Positions 58,779-64,000 of a DNA stretch of 64,000 nucleotides are shown piece after piece (the first letter of the stretch is position 1; each line of letters begins with the position of its first letter). Under the pieces are notes generated by a model. That model saw nothing but the letters and a program-made list of their open reading frames with translations. It did no database searches and had not been told where the DNA came from. The position numbers were made by a program, and so were the translations under genes. Source of the DNA: Acidobacteriota bacterium. GTDB lineage: Bacteria; Acidobacteriota; UBA6911. The stretch spans positions 4,032,001-4,096,000 of the forward strand of contig OY761556.1 of assembly GCA_963664705.1 (NCBI GenBank). The letters are read 5' to 3'.

Positions 58779-59274
58779 AGGTGTTCATCCTTTCGGCTAT
58801 TGCAGCTTTATGTTGCGAAGACTCATGATCGTTCTGGCGCGCCAGCATGTTAAAAATCGGATCTTCCGTTTTTACAATTTTCTCGTAGCTGATTTCGATC
58901 GCGGAGTCCTCAATCTCCAGTGCCATGGAGAATAATCGGTCCCTGGGTATTTCGCCTCCCCTCATTTGTTCTACAAGCCTTTGCATCTCAACGGCAAACA
59001 TCCGAATTTGCACGGTCGGGAACGAAATCCCCGGCTTGTAGTCCTTCGGCTTATTTGAAATTCTGTCGGCCATTCTCATGGCATTCCCGGAATGAACTTG
59101 TTCCTGCGCGGAAAGAGAATTCCACATATCCGCTTCCTCCGGCATTGCATCCGCACACAGTCTGTAGAACTCGGCCGTCTGGGCTTCGGCATCCGCGAGA
59201 AAACCCAGGTTGGATAAGACCTCCTGAAGATCATCCAGGCTACTTCTACCCAAAAGCTTCCCCAAAAACGTCAT
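58735..59274 (-). CDS. Ferritin-like / rubrerythrin-like four-helix-bundle protein
   Basis: E....EFY...EQVH and ALEIE...ESSQH helix-pair pattern; AGGAG RBS before the ATG at 59274. Confidence 0.7.
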   Translation of the reverse strand: MTFLGKLLGRSSLDDLQEVLSNLGFLADAEAQTAEFYRLCADAMPEEADMWNSLSAQEQVHSGNAMRMADRISNKPKDYKPGISFPTVQIRMFAVEMQRLVEQMRGGEIPRDRLFSMALEIEDSAIEISYEKIVKTEDPIFNMLARQNDHESSQHKAAIAERMNTWNAGVSHETLNAER

Positions 59275-59432
59275 GAATGCTCCTGTCTTTCCGGCAAATT
59301 CCTGGCAGGCCGTCATCCGGCCAATGCTTCAGCATAAGATCATTTTGTCCAAAAGTCATCGATCGAAGCTGTTCCGGAGTTTCGGACATTTCCGATCTCA
59401 GGCTTTGGACAGAACTGCCGTATATCTTCGCG

Positions 59433-59966
59433 CTATTTGGCTTTTTCCGCGGATTCACACGGGGTAAAGAAATACTGATGGTTTATATCAATCTTCTGCG
59501 CAACCAGGCAGGCATTATCCACCAGAGTTTCGGGAACATATCCCTTTGACTCGGTATAATCGCCTACAAAGAGCTCAATCTTCACCGGATAGTTTTCGCG
59601 TGTCATCGGCTGAATCGTCTTGTCATGGGCATCCTTCAGGCTGGTTGCTTTGCCGGCCAGGTAGTAGCCGGTGCTCCCCCCCGCATCGCCCAACTGATCA
59701 ATAACCCGAGAGTATGCCTTGGACCCATCTCTAAAATGCCAAATCAGCATGACCATCTTCTCGGGAAAGTTGTTGGCTGAAAGATGCGTCCATTCCGACG
59801 CCCACACAAACTCGGCCGCGCCGCTGTCGTGAAGGGCAAAGTATGTCTGATCGACATTAATGCAATCCTGCCCGTAATTGCTCAGGTTCCGCAACTGTGG
59901 CATGCCTGCAGGGACTGCAATCGTGAGGCAAAACAGGAATATAGTTACTCCGACTATTGGTCTCAT
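59433..59966 (-). CDS. Secreted hypothetical protein
   Basis: Signal-peptide-like N-terminus (MRPIVGVTIFLFCLTIAVPA); no family recognised. Confidence 0.6.
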   Translation of the reverse strand: MRPIVGVTIFLFCLTIAVPAGMPQLRNLSNYGQDCINVDQTYFALHDSGAAEFVWASEWTHLSANNFPEKMVMLIWHFRDGSKAYSRVIDQLGDAGGSTGYYLAGKATSLKDAHDKTIQPMTRENYPVKIELFVGDYTESKGYVPETLVDNACLVAQKIDINHQYFFTPCESAEKAK

Positions 59967-60101
59967 AGGTTTTATAAATAATACTTCATTAAGAATAATC
60001 AAAGAAAATATTGAGGGGCCCCACTCCAGGGGGGCGGATGCCGGAGATGGTCAATACGGCTTGGATCACATGGGTCTGCAGACTAAAATCAATCAATTAT
60101 G

Positions 60102-60128
60102 GGAACTTCGAACAAAAGTCATTCGTAA
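60102..60128 (+). promoter_or_regulatory. Candidate ECF sigma-factor promoter
   Basis: GGAAC-17 nt-CGTAA, about 75 bp upstream of the TIGR03435 gene. Confidence 0.45.
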
Positions 60129-60202
60129 TAACCTCAGTCCGGGCACGTATTGGCTATTGCGCGCTTTCATCGTATCGATCTGTTCATATTATGGAGTTAT
60201 TC

Positions 60203-61060
60203 ATGCATAGAGTTTTTGCGATTTTAATCCTGTCATGGCTTATCCCTGCCGCCGTATTGGCCCAGGCATCCGATGCCTTTGAGGTGGCATCCATCAAGCC
60301 CAGCGATCCGAACACCCAGGGGATCAGCTTCAGCAATTCGCCCGGAGCAATAAACATCAATGGCGCAACGGCTAAATTGCTGATCCAGCAGGCCTATGAT
60401 GTTCGGGAATCACAAATTTCCGGGGGACCGGGATGGATCGGTTCAGATCGTTTTGACATCGCGGCAAAGGCCGATGCGAGCGCAGCCGGCCCCGATGGCT
60501 TAAAAAATCCGGCGGATCAGGCCAAAGCGGCAGAAAAGATGCGGGCGCGCCTGCAGAATCTTCTGAAAGAACGATTTCATCTGGTGACCCACCGGGAAAC
60601 AAAGGAGCTCGCCGTTTATGTAATGACGCTGGCGAAGGGCGGACCAAAATTCAAAGAAACCAAAGAGGATCCGGCCGAGGGGAAAGACGGTAACCGTCCA
60701 CGGAGATCCTCCATGCGCGTCGGCCGTGGTCAGATTATCGCGCAATCCATACCAATGGATAATCTGGCACGCCTTCTTTCCCAGCAGTTGGGCCGAACGG
60801 TGATTGATAAAACCGGCTTGCAGGGAAATTATGACTTTACGCTGGAGTGGACCCCGGATCCGGGACAGAGTCTCGGCGGAGGCCCGGGAGGACCGGTCGA
60901 GCCGTCGAGGGAAATGCAGCGTCCCGATAATGCCCCCGATGCCAACGGACCGTCCGTTTTCACGGCTATCCAGGAACAATTGGGAATAAAGCTTGAATCA
61001 CAAAAAGCACCGGTTGAAATGCTTGTGATTGAAAGCATTGAAAAGCCTTCGGAGAACTGA
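60203..61060 (+). CDS. TIGR03435/DUF3738 family protein (soil-associated, Acidobacteria-enriched)
   Basis: Signal peptide; FEVASIKPS, GGPGWIGSDRFDIAAK, LKERFHL, VIDKTGLQGNYDFTLEW, SVFTAIQEQLGIKLE, IEKPSEN. Confidence 0.92.
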   Translation: MHRVFAILILSWLIPAAVLAQASDAFEVASIKPSDPNTQGISFSNSPGAININGATAKLLIQQAYDVRESQISGGPGWIGSDRFDIAAKADASAAGPDGLKNPADQAKAAEKMRARLQNLLKERFHLVTHRETKELAVYVMTLAKGGPKFKETKEDPAEGKDGNRPRRSSMRVGRGQIIAQSIPMDNLARLLSQQLGRTVIDKTGLQGNYDFTLEWTPDPGQSLGGGPGGPVEPSREMQRPDNAPDANGPSVFTAIQEQLGIKLESQKAPVEMLVIESIEKPSEN

Positions 61061-64000
61061 ATGTACAGGCCATCATTATTATTCAGACTTTCAATTTACT
61101 GCTTTACGTGGCTTTCCCTGGCTTTCTTTGCCATTTCGGCCAGTGCGTCCGAATACCGGGGCCAGGTACTCTTCAATGGTTCGGGGCTTCCAGGGGCTGT
61201 CGTCACCGCCACGCAGGGGGGGCAAAAGCAGGCCACCATTTCGGATGAACAGGGCAATTACCGATTCCCTGATCTGGCAGACGGCATCTGGAATATTCGG
61301 ATTGAAATGCTGGCATTCTCTTCAATGCAGCGCGAGGTGACGATAGGGCCGGGCATGGAGGCAGGAAAATGGGAAATGCTTCTGCTTCCAACAGATCAGA
61401 TCAAAGGGCTTCAAAAACTCGAGTCTCCATCCCCTGCACCGGCTGCGGCGGCATCCAGCACTCCCGCGGCGAATACTTCCAAAAAAAATGCAAAAGGGGC
61501 GGCATCGGTCAATACTTCCTCTCCATTTCAGCGCGCCAACCTAAATGCGACCGGGGCGGCCGTGCCTGCGCAGGCCAATGTGAATACAGCTCCCGCGCAG
61601 CCAAACGAGACACAAAACCCTGCTGATTTGAATGAACAAGCTGCGGATGGATTTCTGATCAATGGAACATCCAACAATGGGGCAAGCTCCCCGTTTTCTT
61701 TGAGGCAGTCGTTCGGCAACTCGCGTCGCGGGATTCGATCTCTTTATGGCGGCAACTTTGGCATCATGATCGACAACTCCGCGCTCGATGCCCGGTCCTA
61801 TTCTCTGACCGGCATGAATACGGATAAACCTGCCTATAACCGCTTGCAGGGCACATTCTCCTTTGGCGGGCCTCTGCGCATTCCCCACCTTATCAGAAAT
61901 GGCCCCACCTTTTTTGTCGGATATCAGTTCACGCGAAATCGAAATGCCCGAACTGAGAGCGGCCTTGTTCCAACGCTGGCCGAGAGAAATGGCGACCTGT
62001 CGCAGGCTCCAGGCCTGATTTTCGATCCACTCACTGGCCTGCCTTTCAAGGGCAACCAGATCACCGCGGACCGCATCAGCCCGCAGGCGAAAGCACTGCT
62101 GAACCTCTACCCGTTTCCCAATTTCACAGGCAGCACGCGATACAACTACCAGCAACCATTGGTCGGCACGACACGCCAGGATGCCGTTCAGGCGCATATG
62201 AACAAAACCATCCGGCGCAAGGACCAGGTATCCGGAACCTTTTCACTTCAGAGCGCACGCAACGACAATCCGACGCTCCTGGGTTTTCTCAACACCAACC
62301 GCTCGCTTGGCAGTAACCTGGTCTCAAACTGGCGTCACAGCTTTACTCAGCGTTTCTTCGGAAACTTTGGATATCAATTCAGTCGACAGGCTATCCAAAC
62401 TCATTCGTTTTTCGGAAATCGTGAAAATGTCTCCGGCCAGGCAGGGATTGCGGGCAACAACCAGGACCCGGAAAACTGGGGCCCCCCAACGCTGTCTTTT
62501 TTGAGCGGACTGACGCCGCTCACAGATGCGGTGCCGGCATCGACGCACAATCAGACCAGCGCCTTATCCTACGGAATCGTTTGGAATCGCCGCCGACACA
62601 ATCTGTCATTTGGCATCGAATACCGGCGGCACCAGGTCAATAGCATTGCGCAGCAGGATCCACGGGGGTCCTTCACCTTTACCGGGATGTCGACCCTGGG
62701 GTCTGCGCCTGCTGTCTTGCTGCCGGGAGCCCGAAACGACTTTGCCGGTTTCCTGCTGGGAATACCGGATACGGTTTCGATCGCATACGGAAACGCGGAC
62801 AAATACTTCCGCTCCGCTTCCTACGAATCCTATATTGCGGATGACTGGCGCGTCAGCCCGAGCCTCACACTCAACATCGGACTGCGCTGGGAATACTGGT
62901 CGCCTGTCTCCGAACTGCGCGGCAGGATTGTCAACCTGGATATCGCGGGAGATTTCTCGGCCGTGGCCCCCGTTCTCGGCACATCCCCCACAGGTTCGCT
63001 GACCGGCGCCATGTACAGAGACTCGCTGCTCAACGCGGATAATCGAGCTGTCCAACCGAGAATCGGCTTTTCATGGAGACCGATGGCGGCGTCCTCGATG
63101 ATCATTCGCGGCGGATATGGAATCTATTACAATTCCTCCCCATACCAAACAATCGCGACACAGATGGCGCAGCAATCGCCTCTATCGAAAAGCCTGAGCC
63201 AGCAGAATACAGCCTCAAACCCGCTCACGCTGGCCAACGGATTCAATGCAGCGCCGAACAATACGGCGAACACCTTTGCCGTCGATCCGAATCTGCGCGT
63301 TGGATACCTGCACATCTGGCAACTGTCGGTACAGCGGGATCTGCCGGGGGCCCTGCAGTTGACAGCCGCCTACCAGGGCACGAGGGGCAAGCATGCCCTC
63401 CAGGAGTTTCTGCCGAACACATATCCCGCAGGGGCTGTGAATCCATGCCCGTCCTGCCCCAGAGGCTTCATTTATCTGGCCTCCAACGGAATGTCGACCC
63501 GCGAGTCGGGTTCATTGCAGCTGCGGCGTCGCCTGCATAACGGCATCAGCGCATCCACTCAGTACACATACTCGAAATCCCTCGACAATGCAGCCCCAGG
63601 CGGAAGGGGCCAGACCGGGTCCCTCTTTATCGCGCAAGACTGGAAGAATCTCAATGCCGAACGGGCACTCTCGTCCTTTGATCAGCGACATCAGCTCAAC
63701 ATCCAGTTTCAATACACCTCTGGAATGGGCGCCGCAGGCGGGACCCTTTTAAAAGGCTGGAGAGGAGTTCTTCTTAAGGAATGGACGGTTTCAAGCCAGG
63801 TTACGGTCGCCAGCGGATTCCCGTTAACCCCGGTCTACCCGTCGGCGGTTGCCGGGACCGGCGTAACCGGTCCTGTGCGTCCCGATTACACGGGCGCGGA
63901 TGTGTATGCGGCACCCGCAGGCCTGCATCTGAATCCCGCGGCATATCAGGCTCCGTCTTCGGGACACTGGGGAAATGCAGGGCGTAATACCATTACCGGC
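61061..64000 (+). CDS. TonB-dependent receptor (Oar-like), 3' end outside window; missing from the ORF track because it has no stop in the window
   Basis: ATG directly after the TIGR03435 stop. Translation: MYRPSLLF...SASEYRGQVLFNGSGLPGAVVTATQGG...SDEQGNYRF; later DDWRVSPSLTLNIGLRWEY, QPRIGFSWR, and ends GHWGNAGRNTITG. Confidence 0.9.
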   Translation, partial: MYRPSLLFRLSIYCFTWLSLAFFAISASASEYRGQVLFNGSGLPGAVVTATQGGQKQATISDEQGNYRFPDLADGIWNIRIEMLAFSSMQREVTIGPGMEAGKWEMLLLPTDQIKGLQKLESPSPAPAAAASSTPAANTSKKNAKGAASVNTSSPFQRANLNATGAAVPAQANVNTAPAQPNETQNPADLNEQAADGFLINGTSNNGASSPFSLRQSFGNSRRGIRSLYGGNFGIMIDNSALDARSYSLTGMNTDKPAYNRLQGTFSFGGPLRIPHLIRNGPTFFVGYQFTRNRNARTESGLVPTLAERNGDLSQAPGLIFDPLTGLPFKGNQITADRISPQAKALLNLYPFPNFTGSTRYNYQQPLVGTTRQDAVQAHMNKTIRRKDQVSGTFSLQSARNDNPTLLGFLNTNRSLGSNLVSNWRHSFTQRFFGNFGYQFSRQAIQTHSFFGNRENVSGQAGIAGNNQDPENWGPPTLSFLSGLTPLTDAVPASTHNQTSALSYGIVWNRRRHNLSFGIEYRRHQVNSIAQQDPRGSFTFTGMSTLGSAPAVLLPGARNDFAGFLLGIPDTVSIAYGNADKYFRSASYESYIADDWRVSPSLTLNIGLRWEYWSPVSELRGRIVNLDIAGDFSAVAPVLGTSPTGSLTGAMYRDSLLNADNRAVQPRIGFSWRPMAASSMIIRGGYGIYYNSSPYQTIATQMAQQSPLSKSLSQQNTASNPLTLANGFNAAPNNTANTFAVDPNLRVGYLHIWQLSVQRDLPGALQLTAAYQGTRGKHALQEFLPNTYPAGAVNPCPSCPRGFIYLASNGMSTRESGSLQLRRRLHNGISASTQYTYSKSLDNAAPGGRGQTGSLFIAQDWKNLNAERALSSFDQRHQLNIQFQYTSGMGAAGGTLLKGWRGVLLKEWTVSSQVTVASGFPLTPVYPSAVAGTGVTGPVRPDYTGADVYAAPAGLHLNPAAYQAPSSGHWGNAGRNTITG

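Noticed and set aside
60011-60202. N-terminal extensions given by the ORF track (also 2499-2561, 5795-5878, 5915-5983, 21781-21882)
   Set aside because: Downstream starts give proper signal peptides or family N-termini, mostly with clear RBS.

Overview
A gene-dense 64-kb window with about 45 CDS. It most likely comes from an anaerobic or facultative Acidobacteriota: it has a TIGR03435-type protein, two Oar-like TonB-dependent receptors and many secreted NTF2-fold proteins. Contents in order: the 3' end of a sigma-54 activator; a 13-heme cytochrome c / cytochrome b fusion (CbcL-like); a GH115; an RND-MFP-TolC efflux operon running into an anaerobic sulfatase maturase, which converges on a Tat-exported sulfatase; an XRE-cupin regulator with leuCD; a BNR-repeat/MoaD pair; and a redox cluster at 21,997-37,194. 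After that come amtB-glnK with a perfect sigma-54 promoter, nudC, dus, MFS transporters, a B12 radical SAM, a UroD/MtaA-like protein and a TonB receptor that runs off the right edge. The strongest hidden signal is that two separate ORFs of the track (26248-26673 and 26758-28101) are really one reading frame. They are joined by an in-frame UGA in a G-U-G-S-C motif that is followed by a SECIS-like hairpin. This predicts a roughly 610-aa UGSC-family selenoprotein with a textbook twin-arginine signal. It lies directly downstream of a lone, atypical xanthine-dehydrogenase-family Mo subunit and near an AprAB-like flavoprotein/ferredoxin pair that lacks canonical APS-reductase motifs. No tRNA, rRNA, CRISPR array or intact transposase was recognised. 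All family assignments come from motif recognition by eye; no database searches were run.
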